A stretch of DNA of 64,000 nt from Candidatus Latescibacterota bacterium (GTDB taxonomy: Bacteria > Latescibacterota > UBA2968), in assembly GCA_965204745.1 (NCBI GenBank), contig OZ242010.1, forward strand, positions 5,376,001 through 5,440,000. The letters are read 5' to 3'. Below the pieces are notes generated by a model. It was not told the DNA's origin. It did not search any database and saw only the letters and a program-made list of their open reading frames with translations. Made by a program: the position numbers and the translations under genes. Positions 25,001 to 31,283 of the stretch are shown here, in pieces (position 1 is the first letter of the stretch; each line of letters starts with the position of its first letter).

Positions 25001-27446
25001 ACTGACCTTCACGACGTCAGGCTGGAACACGGCACAAACCGTGACCGTGACCGGGCAGGACGACACCATCGACGACGGGGACATCCCCTGGACGGTGCGA
25101 CTCGCCCTGTCAAGCGACGATACCGGCTACAACACCCTTGCAGACGACGTTCAAGTGACGACGACCGACGATGAAGATGCGCCGACCGTGACGTTGGTGC
25201 TGATGCCCTCGTCCATCTCGGAAAACGCCGAGGTTTCCACGGTGAGCGCGACCCTGTCGCATCCATCGAGCGCGATCACGACGATCACGGTCTCTGCTAC
25301 GCCTGTGTCCCCTGCAACTGCGGACGACTTCACGCTATCGAATGCAGACACGCTGATCATCGCGGCGACTGCTACGACGAGCACGGGCACCGTGACGATC
25401 ACATCGGTGAACGATACGACCGATGCGCCGGCCAAGCGTGTGACCGTGTCCGGTGTGGCGAACAACGACCAAGGCGCAGGCAGTGTGACCGACGAGACTT
25501 TGGTGCTAACGGACGACGACGAGGCACCGACCGTGACATTGGTGCTGTCGCCCTCGTCCATCTTGGAAAACGGCGGTGTTTCGACGATCACGGCAACCCT
25601 GTCGCATGCGTCGAGCGCGGCAATGACGATCACGGTGCGCCCGGTGGCGGGTGCTTATACCGTGGGGTCGGATTCGACGATCATCATCGCGGCCGGGAGT
25701 ACGGCGAACGCGACGGATACCGTGGTCATTACAGCGGTGAACAACACCCAAGACGCGCCTGATCGCAGCGAGACCGTGTCCGTTGTGGCACGCAACGCCC
25801 ATAGCACGGGCAGTGTGACCGAGGCGACCTTGACGCTGGAGGACGATGACGCCGCGCCGGATGTGACGTTGGCACTGTCGCCCGCGTCCATCTCGGAGGC
25901 CGGCGGCGTGAGCACGGTGAGCGCGACGCTGACACACCCATCGAGTGAGGCGACGACGATCACGGTGCGCCCGGTGGCGGATGCCTACACGGTGGGGTCG
26001 GATTCGACGATCACCATCGCGGCCGGGGATACGACGAACGCGACGGACACGGTGGCACTCACCGCCGTGGACAACGACATAGACGCATCAGACAACGCCG
26101 CGATGGTGCAGGCCGCTGTGGAGAACGACCACGGCGAGGGCAACGTGCAGGCTGCGACGCTGACGATCACCGATGACGACGAGGCGGCGATTGAGGTGTC
26201 GCCGATGACCTCGACGATCGTCAGGCTTGAGACGACAGAGGCGGGCAGGGCAGAGACCTTCACGGTCACGCTCGCCACCGAGCCGACGGGGGACGTGGCA
26301 CTCTCGGTGGTCAGTTCAAACACGGATGAAGGCACTGTATCGCCCTCGGTGCTGACCTTCATGCCATCAGACTGGAACACGGCGCAAACCGTGACCGTGA
26401 CCGGGCAGGACGATGCCCCCACCAATTCGGTCGATGGCAACCAGAACTATACGGTCACCCTTTCGGTGAACCAGACGGATACGCAGGACGCCAACTATGA
26501 CGCGCTTTCCAATATCAGCGTGTACATGGTCAACCTCGATAACGATTCCGGCCTGGACATAAGCGCGGTAACCGGGCAGGCGACAGAGGCAGGCGGCTCG
26601 GCGACCTTCACGGTGGCCCTGCTTTCGCAACCCTCGGCGGCGGTGACGGTTTCGGTGACGAGCCAAGACCCGAGCGAGGGGCGGGTTGAGCCTGCGGTGC
26701 TGACCTTCACGACGTCAGGCTGGAACACGGCACAAACCGTGACCGTGACCGGGCAAGACGATACCATCGACGACGGGGACATCCCCTGGACGGTGCGACT
26801 CGCCCTATCAAGCGACGATACCGGCTACAACACCCTTGCAGACGACGTTCAAGTGACGACGACCGACGATGAAGATGCGCCGACCGTGACGTTGGTGCTG
26901 ATGCCCTCGTCCATCTCGGAAAACGGCGAGGTTTCCACGATCACGGCGACCCTGTCGCATCCATCGAGCGCGATCACGACGATCACGGTCTCTGCTACGC
27001 CTGTGTCCCCTGCGACTGCGAGCGACTTCACGCTATCGAGTGCAGACACCCTGATCATCGCGGTGACGACCACAACGAGCACGGGCACCGTGACGATCAC
27101 CGCAGAGGACAACAACGACCAGGCAGACGAGAAGACGGTCACGGTGTCTGCAACCGCAAACAACGCCCAAGGCATCACCGCACCCTCGGATGTGACCCTG
27201 ACCATTACCGATGACGAAACACCGAGTGCCAACTTGGATGTGGATGGCAATGGCGAGGTGAGGCTGTTCTCGGATATAATCCTGATCATTCGATACGTCC
27301 TCTTCTTCCGGGAAGAGGCCCTCGTCAGAGGGAACGTCATCGAGCCAGATGCCACGCGCAAGACCCCGCAAACCATTACCCCCTACCTCGACACGTTGGT
27401 CGGTCAGAACATTCTCGATGTGGATGGCGATGGCGATGTGAGGTGA
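10020..27446 (+). CDS. Giant surface/adhesin-like protein (5 GLUG-like modules, about 24 fibronectin type III repeats, Calx-beta/Ig-like repeats, dockerin-like tail)
   Basis: 5808-aa ORF; signal peptide ending AFA; GGLVG motifs; W..V..ATGYKVQWK..Y.VRV.A Fn3 motifs; LTITDDD/ISENG repeats; DVDGNG tail. Confidence 0.92.
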   Translation: MTSRYAHLLAMVALVVLMASGPAFAQTDYDTDNDNLIDVTSLAQLNAIRWDLNGDGAIDASASTSDTTAYNAAFPNAMSGMGCAATCTGYELMNNLNFDENSDNEITSADATYWNNGAGWAPIGNSETKYTGNFHGNDNTISNLFIDRSAANDIGLFGFAEGGTIRNLSLVNADVTGSSYTAVLVGQGTRLQLMHIRVTGQVSGLSNGGGLVGSLTHGSSTITACGAEVDVTGRGSRTYSDISFGGLVGGNSGTITASYATGAVSNDNVYVGGLVGFHGSSAVIRASYATGAVRGQTLFGGLVGIAFGGAITASYATGAVKGTGAVSYIGGLVGFNSSTSITYSYYDSTTTGQKDTGRGAPQTTAGLQNPTDYTGIYANWNLNLDGQTGNDNPWSFGTTSQYPVLKYAGMDTAAQFNAQRVGKPTGVMVAGKTDTLTVTWGLVRNATGYKVRWKSGILTYPTSDLAAATRGQATIGSVLTTTYDISGLTTGTTYTVQVIATRLNATDSDPSDAVMVTPATTKPTNVRVTPAPVQLIVDWTKATGATGYKVQWKSGGQTYNTSSRQAMVSGVNTTTYTIEGLTFGTTYTVRVTATLAGGTDSDPSDEVVGTPLRGLDMPTGVIVMPKVDTLDVRWTAVSTATGYKVQWKLHRRTYDVSRQVVVTGTRYAIPNLIAGASYLVRIIATKAGLPESAPSTEVPGVPLLRSPMGVMVTADMDTLTVTWNAVDNATGYKVQWKSGNLTYPTADVETTALRGQATIAGGNTTTHKISGLTAGTTYTIRVIATHTNVADSAPSVEVPGVPLLGKPTVMVAAKMDTLTVTWNAVDDATGYKVQWKSGNLTYPTADLDSATRGQATIAGGNTTTHKISGVTVGTLYAVRVIATSTNTNIADSTPSEEVMVMPATNRPTNVRVTPGTTQLLVRWTEATGATGYKVQWKSGQQAYDPSSRQAQVSGVSTTTYTIENLTVSTTYTVRVIAILSGGVDSTPSDEVMGTPPGIDYDRDGDGLIDITTLAQLNAIRYDMDGNGDATHAVYAAAFPNRDTTSSIRMGCPSGTCTGYELLNNLDFSGGQWTSGAGWLPIGVWGRNSWETYTGTFKGNNKTISNLYINRGDDIDVGLFGHVSGNISGLGLKNVDVRGTDNVGGLVGEQEGGRILSCFVTGRVEGWSTAIRTTGGLVGRSGANTVIAASYANAEVIMDLDETNAYAGGLVGFKSNSSEIIASYAIGPVTGRNAGGLIGHGGAATSFSLASYSTGTVTGGGYIGGFVGRLGAGSYSYWDTESSDLLSSAGGTGQTTSALQSETDYDGIYASWDVDVDGRVGNDDPWTFGAADQYPVLKYAGMDTTAQFAMQPPGIPTSVTVTVQAATLDVRWRAASYATGYKVQWKSGMQSYDASREGIVTGTRYNIPNLAVGTTYTVRVIATKTGARDGRPSAEQTGVISVLGSPTVMVAAKLDTLTVTWNVVTSATGYKVQWKSGSETYPNADLASALRGQATIVGGSTTTYKIPNVTRGTAYTVRVIATRTNVADSAPSEEVTGVPGLERPTGVDVSATVDTLTVTWNVVDDATGYKVQWKSGSETYPNADLVSALRGQATLVGGSTTTYKIPNVTTGTTYTVRVIATRTNVADSAPSEEVTVLVSPTGVMVRATVDTLTVTWNAVDDATGYKVQWKSGSETYPNADSQAATHGQATISDGGTTTYDISGLTAGTTYTVRIIATSTNSNVADSAPSAEQTGVPVLGSPAVMVAAKADTLTVMWNAVDDATGYKVQWKSGSETYPNADLALATHGQATIAGGGTTTYKISGLTAGTTYTIRVIATRTNVADSAPSAEQTGVPVLGSPAVMVRAKLDTLTVTWNVVTNATGYKVQWKSGSEIYPTSDEQSATRGQATIVGGRTTTYKISGLTRGTTYTVRVIATRTNVADSAPSAEQTGVPVLGSPAVMVAAKVDTLTVTWNAVDDATGYKVQWKSGSEIYPTSDEQSATRGQATIAGGSTTTYKISNVTTGTAYTVRVIATRTNVADSAPSEEVTVLVSPTGVMVAAKVDTLTVTWNAVDDATGYKVQWKSGAATYPNTDSQAATHGQATISDGGTTTYDISGLTAGTTYTVRIIATSTNSNVADSAPSAEQTGVPVLGSPAVMVAAKVDTLTVTWNVVDDATGYKVQWKSGSATYPTADLALATRGQATIAGGGTTTYKISGLTTGTTYTIRVIATRTNVADSAPSDEVMVTLATNKPTNVNVRVTPGIAQLIVRWTEATGATGYKVQWKSGGQSYNTSSRQETVSGGSTTTYTIENLTFGTPYTVRVTATLTGGMDSTPSDEVVGTPQAINYDSDGDGLIAIETLAQLHAIRWDLNGDGAVDASATSSDTTAYNAAFPGRDTTSNVRMGCPSGTCTGYELLNNLNFDTDGSGSVTSDDTYPNWVPIGNYSATFKGNNKTISNLHINRGGWYHVGLFSQVGGNISGLGLKSVNVRGGHQVGGLVGNQWGGRILGCYVTGRVEGTGSYVGGLVGHSTGNNTVIAVSYTNAVVSGGRLQEGVGGLVGILYTTVIASYAIGPVTGNSRVGGLVGRLAITSGHSPLVGSVSTSYATGTVTRLNQFSSNLGGLIGSKRHNLVSHSYWDRESSGFSTSAGGTGKTTSELQSQTSYNDIYASWNVNVDGSPGNDNPWTFGAADQYPVLKYAGMDTTAQFAMQAPGIPTSVTVTVQADTLDVRWRAASYATGYKVQWKAGGQNYAVSRQAITTDTRYKIANLLAGTTYTVRVIATKTGARDGRPSAEQTGVPVLGSPTVMVAAKADTLTVTWNAVTNATGYKVQWKSGAETYPAADEESATHGQATIAGGRTTTYDISGLTAGTAYAIRVIATRTNVADSAPSAEQTGVPVLDSPTGVDVSATVDTLTVTWNVVDDATGYKVQWKSGSETYPNADSQSATRGQATISGGGTTTHKISGLTTGTTYTVQVIATHTTTAGNSAPSAAVMVTSATTKPTNVRVTPGPLRFIVAWTEATGATGYKVQWKSGGQSYNTATRQVVVSMNTRTATIVNLTIGTIYTVRVTATLAGGIDSDPSDEVMVTIQGINYDSDGDGLIAIETLAQLHAIRWDLNGDGAIDASASTSDTTAYNAAFPNRDTTSNVRMGCPSGTCTGYELLNNLDFDENGDDEITSADATYWNNGDGWLPIGTDAAKYTGDFKGNGYTIDNLTINRPSVGEVGLFGNADTASRIESVGITNASVAGGEYAGALVGALRGIVVACYSTGNVSATTRVAGGLVGWTPNAITSSYSTASVSGPEHVGGLLGSSQGGSVTNSYSTGTVTGTGSSPLIGGLIGSGTGGTASYWDTQTSGCTSGGSNGCTTSAGGGGVTGQTTSALQSPTGYTLIFSTWNANLDGQAGNDDPWAFGKTDQYPVLKYAGMDTTVQYNLQPPGIPTSVTVTPQRDTLDVRWTAASYATGYKVQWKSGMQSYDTSRQGTVTGTRYKISNLIGGTTYTVRVIATKTGAPDGTPSAEQTGVSVLGSPTVMVAAKVDTLTVTWNAVSNATGYKVQWKSGSETYPAADEESATHGQATIADGRATTYDISGLTAGMAYTVRVIATSTNSNVADSAPSAEQTGVPLLGSPTVMVAATVDTLTVTWNVVDDATGYKVQWKSGSETYPNADLAAATHGQATIAGGGTTTYDISGLTAGTTYAIRVIATRTNVADSAPSDAVMVTLATNKPTNVRVTPGPVQLIVRWSEATGATGYKVQWKSGVQSYNTTTRQVVVSMNTRTATIVNLTFGTPYTVRVLATLSGGGDSEPSDEVMGTPQGIDYDSDGDGLINIETLAQLHAIRWDLNGDGIVADSDAANYNAAFPSRDTTSNVRMGCPSGTCTGYELITNLNFDQNNDGEITSADATYWNANAGWQPIGTYTGTFKGNNKTISNLYINRGGQNDVGLFVDLTGTVSGLGLRNVDVRGNLAVGGLTGNQAGGAITGCYVTGRVRGSGSFGLGGLVGHSHTGANRRISASYSAAAVTAVGSGANFWVGGLVGWQNGGTIIASYATGAVTVTGNGTKGGLVGRLESSGEVTASYATGQVTGDGTKGGLVGSTAGTVTNSYWDSDRSGIAGGKSTSDLQSQTTYGATSNDTYYDWNLNVDGDTSTGDAVGKDDPWTFGATDQYPVLKYAGMDTTAQFKLQPSVVMLTLMPSTISENSGVSTVTATLVHPSISATTITVRPVAGAYTVGSDSTITIAAESTTNASDTVVITAVDNTRDEPARDVPVSGVARNAQGAGRVIEATLTLTDDDSAPTATLAASPLSISENLGVSTITATLSRPSSSATTITVRPVADAYTVGTDSTITIAAGDTTNASDTVAITAVDNAQDALDRNATVSGVSRNAHGAGSVTGVTLTLTDDDDAPDVTMVVTPASISENGAISTVTATLSHTSSDPTTITVSVPTSSDYTLSTADTLIVAAGQTMSAGTVTITTVDNSISSGNKTVTVSSTVGNSVGTGSVTVATLTISDDEVAQVTLVLSPASIAETGAVSTVTATLDRAATAATTITVSAEAVPPAVANDFTLSTTTTLTIAAGVTTSTGAVTITSVNDTTDAPDKGVTVSATVAGGDGASLSSAVTLTITDDEAAPTVTLSLSPASISEASGVSTITATLSHRSSAAMTITVRPVADAYTVGSDSTITIAAGSTANASDTVVITAVNNTQDEPDRNETVSVVARNAHSTGSVTEATLTLEDDDAAPDVMLALSPASISEDGGVSTVTATLTHPSSEATTITVRPVADAYTVGMDSTIAIAAGDTTNAADTVALTAVDNDIDAADNAAMVQAAVENDHGEGNVQAVTLTITDDDEAAIEVSAVTSTIVRLRTTEAGRAATFTVTLATEPTGDVALSVVSSNTDEGTVSPSVLTFTPSDWNTAQTVTVTGQDDAPANSVDGNQNYTVTLSVNQTDTQDDNYDALSNISVYMVNLDNDFGLDISAVTGQATEAGASATFTVALLTQPTAAVTISVTSQDPSEGRVEPAVLTFTTSGWNTAQTVTVTGQDDTIDDGDIPWTVRLALSSDDTGYNTLADDVQVTTTDDEDAPTVTLVLMPSSISENAEVSTVSATLSHPSSAITTITVSATPVSPATADDFTLSNADTLIIAATATTSTGTVTITSVNDTTDAPAKRVTVSGVANNDQGAGSVTDETLVLTDDDEAPTVTLVLSPSSILENGGVSTITATLSHASSAAMTITVRPVAGAYTVGSDSTIIIAAGSTANATDTVVITAVNNTQDAPDRSETVSVVARNAHSTGSVTEATLTLEDDDAAPDVTLALSPASISEAGGVSTVSATLTHPSSEATTITVRPVADAYTVGSDSTITIAAGDTTNATDTVALTAVDNDIDASDNAAMVQAAVENDHGEGNVQAATLTITDDDEAAIEVSPMTSTIVRLETTEAGRAETFTVTLATEPTGDVALSVVSSNTDEGTVSPSVLTFMPSDWNTAQTVTVTGQDDAPTNSVDGNQNYTVTLSVNQTDTQDANYDALSNISVYMVNLDNDSGLDISAVTGQATEAGGSATFTVALLSQPSAAVTVSVTSQDPSEGRVEPAVLTFTTSGWNTAQTVTVTGQDDTIDDGDIPWTVRLALSSDDTGYNTLADDVQVTTTDDEDAPTVTLVLMPSSISENGEVSTITATLSHPSSAITTITVSATPVSPATASDFTLSSADTLIIAVTTTTSTGTVTITAEDNNDQADEKTVTVSATANNAQGITAPSDVTLTITDDETPSANLDVDGNGEVRLFSDIILIIRYVLFFREEALVRGNVIEPDATRKTPQTITPYLDTLVGQNILDVDGDGDVR
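23810..27160 (+). repeat. Intragenic tandem duplication with 1698-bp (566-aa) period
   Basis: Near-identical blocks; antisense ORF pairs offset by exactly 1698 (23957/25655, 24287/25985, 24797/26495, 25151/26849); boundaries approximate. Confidence 0.9.
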
Positions 27447-27607
27447 GACTGTTCTCGGATATAATCCTGATCATTCGATACGTCCTCTTCTTCCGGAACG
27501 AGGCCCTCGTCAGAGGGAACGTCATCGAGCAAAATGCTACGCGCACGACCGCTCAAGAAATTGAACCCTACATCCGAAGCCTCTATCCCGACTCCCACTT
27601 CCAATGA
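27438..27607 (+). pseudogene. Out-of-frame second dockerin-like repeat of the giant protein
   Basis: GTGAG duplicated (27438-27447) creates TGA; the shifted frame continues LFSDIILIIRYVLFFRNEALVRGNVIEQNATR...HFQ* and matches the preceding repeat. Confidence 0.85.
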
Positions 27608-27616
27608 AAGCCTGTT

Positions 27617-27784
27617 CTCTGACCGCCACAGATGAAGATGGCGATGAGAACACCCTGAGTTTCTTCCTCACCATCAGCGCGAATCTGATGCCATCCTTTG
27701 CCGATGCGAGTGTGGAATACGCGGAAGCAAGAGATCGAATCCCTGATCCTACCGCAAGCGAGCCGTGGCGATGAACCGCTGACC
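27617..27784 (+). pseudogene. Remnant of a putative Ig-domain (He_PIG-like) repeat
   Basis: Reads LTATDEDGDENTLSFFLTISANLMPSFADASV, then after a frame change RKQEIESLILPQASRGDEPLT; no start codon or RBS. Confidence 0.55.
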
Positions 27785-27853
27785 CCCGAGTTGATTTTGT
27801 TTTTTGGCGATGAGAGGGGTAGCAAACCAGAGAAAGCCGAGTTAGCGACTGTC

Positions 27854-27957
27854 CCAGTTGCTCAAAGCGAGAGCCTATCCTGCGATAGGGCTTGATTTTT
27901 TCGATAAACCGCCCCATCCCATCTCGTTGCATGGCTCGTAAATGTCAACACAGCCTA
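27854..27957 (-). mobile_element. IS5-family-derived miniature remnant (family B, copy 1)
   Basis: End TAGGCTGTGTTGACATTTA followed by RFIEKIKPYRRIGSRFEQL, resembling an IS5-family transposase C-terminal motif; also at 31330 and 60590. Confidence 0.65.
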
Positions 27958-28015
27958 AAAATCAAATTGGTATGCCAACTGCCAACTTGTTTTCCCGATC
28001 ACCGAGAACTTACTC

Positions 28016-28816
28016 ATGCCCCAAATTTTAACCCTGACAACGGATTTCGGCCTTTCTGATGGGTATGTCGCCGCGATGAAGGGCGTGGTGCTCACCTGTT
28101 TGCCCGATGCTCAAATCGTGGATATTACGCATCGAGTGCCGGCGCAGGATATTGTTGCGGGTGCGTTTGCCATGCGCTGTGCATGCGGATTTTTTCCCGC
28201 GGGCACGGTACACGTCGGCGTGATTGACCCCGGCGTGGGTAGCGACCGCAGGGGCATTGTCGTTGAAACCGAGCACTTCGTGTATGTGGGGCCGGACAAT
28301 GGCCTGTTTTCATGGGTTTACGCACGAGAACCCGTGCGGCGGATTGTGGCGATTGAAAATGCGGCGTTGATGCGTCCGCAGGTCAGTTCGACATTTCACG
28401 GTCGCGATGTGTTCGCGCTGGTGGGGGCGCGTTTGCTCACGGGCGTGCCCTGTGGCGAGGTGGGACCGGAAATTGACGATCCGGTCACATGCGATTTGTG
28501 GCGCGTTGAAGAAGAGATAGACGCACTCATTGGGCAAGTGGTCAGTGTGGATCATTTTGGCAATGCCATCTCGATGATCTCCCGGGCGCGTATCGACGAA
28601 AAATTTCCCGATGGGAATTTCGAGATCGCCGTGGGCAAGACCGGTTTTGATCGGATAGACCAAACGTATGCCAGTGTCGCAGAAGGGCGCGCACTCGCGC
28701 TTTACGGTAGCTTGGACACGTTGGAAATCGCGATTCGCGGAGGCAGTGCAAGCCGCATGCTCGGCATCAAACGCGGGGATGAGATTCGAGTTCAGGGGAG
28801 GCGCGAGAGGCGATGA
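28016..28816 (+). CDS. SAM hydroxide adenosyltransferase / chlorinase-fluorinase family (DUF62)
   Basis: TLTTDFG, VIDPGVG, GPDNG, STFHGRDVF and VDHFGN motifs. Confidence 0.92.
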   Translation: MPQILTLTTDFGLSDGYVAAMKGVVLTCLPDAQIVDITHRVPAQDIVAGAFAMRCACGFFPAGTVHVGVIDPGVGSDRRGIVVETEHFVYVGPDNGLFSWVYAREPVRRIVAIENAALMRPQVSSTFHGRDVFALVGARLLTGVPCGEVGPEIDDPVTCDLWRVEEEIDALIGQVVSVDHFGNAISMISRARIDEKFPDGNFEIAVGKTGFDRIDQTYASVAEGRALALYGSLDTLEIAIRGGSASRMLGIKRGDEIRVQGRRERR

Positions 28817-28822
28817 GCCACA

Positions 28823-28998
28823 ATGGGAGCCACAAAAGGCACAAAAACACGAGCGGGATACAACTGGCGACAACCCGTTCAAAGGCGAGATGGGAGCCAC
28901 AAAAGGCACAAAAACACAAAAGGCGAGCGGGATACAACTGGCAACAGCCAGTTCAAAGGCGAGCGGGGTACAACTGGCAACAGCCAGTTCAAAGGCGA
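28823..28998. repeat. Composite repeat cluster: AGCCACAAAAGGCACAAAAACAC x2 plus three GAGCGGG(A/G)TACAACTG..GTTC micro-elements
   Basis: Read directly; 36-bp period for the last two units. Confidence 0.85.
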
Positions 28999-29123
28999 TC
29001 CAAACAAATGTAGGATGCCTCCGTGTTCGCCCAATATATACAAGAGGGGAGAGGGGTGGCCTTCTCACGTCTTGCCTCTCACCTCTCACTTCTCACCTTT
29101 GACGGTGGGTTGCCTTTCGCCTT

Positions 29124-30092
29124 TCATCTGCGTTCATCTGTGTCCATCCGTGGTCGCGCTTGTCTTTTTGAAACCTGCAGTTGCAATTTTTGAATGCGCC
29201 CATTGCCCGAATCCAGAACGAATAATCTGCCTGCGCGCCCGAGGGCGACGCCGCGAGGAGTTTGAAATGACATTGGGCCATGTCCCGGGTCGGGGCCGCC
29301 CAAGAAGCCTGCGACGCGGCCCGAATGCAGGTCAAAGACCACGATGCGATGGTGGCCCGTATCCGCGACGATAAGCGTGCGTTGCGGGCCAATGCAAAGG
29401 GCCGAGGGCTGCAATAAAATATCGTCGCCCATTGCGTTTTGAAAATTGCCGAACCGGTCGAACACCGCAATCCGATCATTTTCGCTGTCGCAGACATAAA
29501 CCGCATCGCGCCCCTCTGTGGCAATGCCCAAAGGCCGCCGCAGATTGCCCGCGCCGTATCCGAACCCGCCAAAACTGCGGTCAACGCGGCTATACGTGTC
29601 GATTTGCACGAGTTGATCCGCGTCTATGTCGCTTACCAAAATTTCGTCTGCATCTGTCACGGCAATGCCGCCGAGTGTGCCCAAATCCACAGACGCATCC
29701 ACGTCCGGGCCGCCGATGACAGCCAAGAGGCGCAGGTTGAAATTGAACACCTTAATGCGGCGGTTTCGGCTATCTGCCACGTAGATTTCCAAGCCCTTGC
29801 CCGCGGTGATCCCACTGGGCTTGTCGAATTGTCCATCTGCCCAGCCCGGCGCGCCAACAGCCCTCAAAAACGTGCCATTAGGAGACAATTTTTGGATGCG
29901 GTCATTCCCGGTATCGGCCACAAACAGATTGCCGGACATGTCGAGGGTCAAGCCTTCGGGGTCGAGAAATTGCCCATCGCCACCGCCTATTTCGCCAAAA
30001 ACAGCCTCAAAGCGAAAATCGACCTGCACCTCTGCGCCCACCGTTCCAACCCGCATCAGCGCGAAGATGAGCAGAAAAAAAATAGGTCTCAT
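29124..30092 (-). CDS. Exported NHL-repeat (beta-propeller) protein
   Basis: Repeated F..P.G....G.L.VAD.GN.RIQ motifs; signal peptide MRPIFFLLIF. Confidence 0.9.
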   Translation of the reverse strand: MRPIFFLLIFALMRVGTVGAEVQVDFRFEAVFGEIGGGDGQFLDPEGLTLDMSGNLFVADTGNDRIQKLSPNGTFLRAVGAPGWADGQFDKPSGITAGKGLEIYVADSRNRRIKVFNFNLRLLAVIGGPDVDASVDLGTLGGIAVTDADEILVSDIDADQLVQIDTYSRVDRSFGGFGYGAGNLRRPLGIATEGRDAVYVCDSENDRIAVFDRFGNFQNAMGDDILLQPSALCIGPQRTLIVADTGHHRIVVFDLHSGRVAGFLGGPDPGHGPMSFQTPRGVALGRAGRLFVLDSGNGRIQKLQLQVSKRQARPRMDTDERR

Positions 30093-30556
30093 AAAATTTA
30101 TCCCAAAAATAGTGGTCAGGCCCCGCCGAAAACGAAACGACGAAACGGGGTACAACTTCGCGGCAGTTCATCGCAGGGCCAAGCCCCCGTGCCCCTGCGC
30201 CAAATCGAGGGGGGTTCCCCACATCTATCGTTTTTTGGCGGGATATCGGATCGCCTGTTCTTTGGGCGAATGACAAAGGGGATGTCGTGTTCATTAACCC
30301 CTTAAACCATTCTTGCCCCATAAATTCAATGCGCTTGCATGACGGGGTACAGTTGCGTAACTTGATCAGCCATAGACCTGTGCTTTCTGAAAAGGAGTGA
30401 GGGTTTTTGCGGGCAACTAATCTAACTCTTTTTTGTCTTTTGCACAGGGCTTTTATTTTTTTGTAGCATGGCCTTGGCACTTCTTGCCAGCGCGATCCTC
30501 GTCCTGCTCGTCGCATTTGGAACGATGAGCATCCAAGCAAAAGAAAAGGAGAGAAC

Positions 30557-31231
30557 ATGATCCAACTCAAAAACATCGAGAAATACTACGAAAGCGGCGT
30601 GGTCAAAACCTTTGTGTTGCGGCGGATTGAACTGGAAATCCGCGAGGGAGAATTTGTGTCGGTCATGGGCCCTTCGGGCGCGGGCAAGTCAACCCTGTTG
30701 CACATCTTGGGCATGCTGGACACCGCGTCCAACGGAACGTACTATTTTTACGGTCGTGCGGTTCACGAATTAGATGAACGCGCCTTGACCGAATTGCACC
30801 GCGACCACATTGGCTTTGTGTTTCAAAGCTACCACCTGATCGACGAATTGACCGTGTCGGAAAATTTGGAAACGCCGCTGTTGTATCAAAAAGTCAAGGG
30901 CGCCGAGCGCAAAGGTCGAATCGCCGAAATGCTGGACCGCTTCAACATCGTCGCGAAAAAAGACCTGTTTCCCAGCCAATTATCCGGCGGGCAACAACAA
31001 CTGGTCGGCATCGCACGCGCCTTGATTATGCAACCGAAATTGATCTTGGCCGATGAGCCAACCGGCAACCTCAACTCGACAGAAGGCGAGCGGATCATGG
31101 CGCAGTTCAAGCAACTGAACGCCGAGGGCATAACTATCGTCCAATGCACGCACTCGGAAAAAAACGCCGCGTACGGCGACCGCATCGTATCCCTGTCCGA
31201 CGGCTGGATAGACAGCGATGAACGCCTATAA
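30557..31231 (+). CDS. ABC transporter ATP-binding protein (LolD/MacB-type)
   Basis: GPSGAGKST, LSGGQ and LADEPTGNL motifs; SD AAAGGAG. Confidence 0.95.
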   Translation: MIQLKNIEKYYESGVVKTFVLRRIELEIREGEFVSVMGPSGAGKSTLLHILGMLDTASNGTYYFYGRAVHELDERALTELHRDHIGFVFQSYHLIDELTVSENLETPLLYQKVKGAERKGRIAEMLDRFNIVAKKDLFPSQLSGGQQQLVGIARALIMQPKLILADEPTGNLNSTEGERIMAQFKQLNAEGITIVQCTHSEKNAAYGDRIVSLSDGWIDSDERL

Positions 31232-31283
31232 TCCACGCCATCAATTCGCACAAAAAAATCCCCACCGAAAAAGTGGGGAATCA

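Noticed and set aside
10312-27376. Numerous alternate-frame and antisense ORFs inside the giant gene and other long genes
   Set aside because: Shadow ORFs expected from high GC and repeated codon patterns; no RBS or family motifs
27232-27607. Diversity-generating retroelement VR/TR pair at the giant gene's 3' end
   Set aside because: Differences are not confined to adenines, no reverse transcriptase is in the window, and the second copy is an in-gene repeat displaced by a 5-bp duplication
28016-28816. Halogenase biosynthetic cluster
   Set aside because: No biosynthetic neighbours; the conserved D..HGRD residues and ~265-aa length fit the common SAM hydrolase branch
28851-28998. Possible mini-CRISPR with 36-bp repeats
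   Set aside because: Units are directly tandem with no unique spacers; explained by the micro-element
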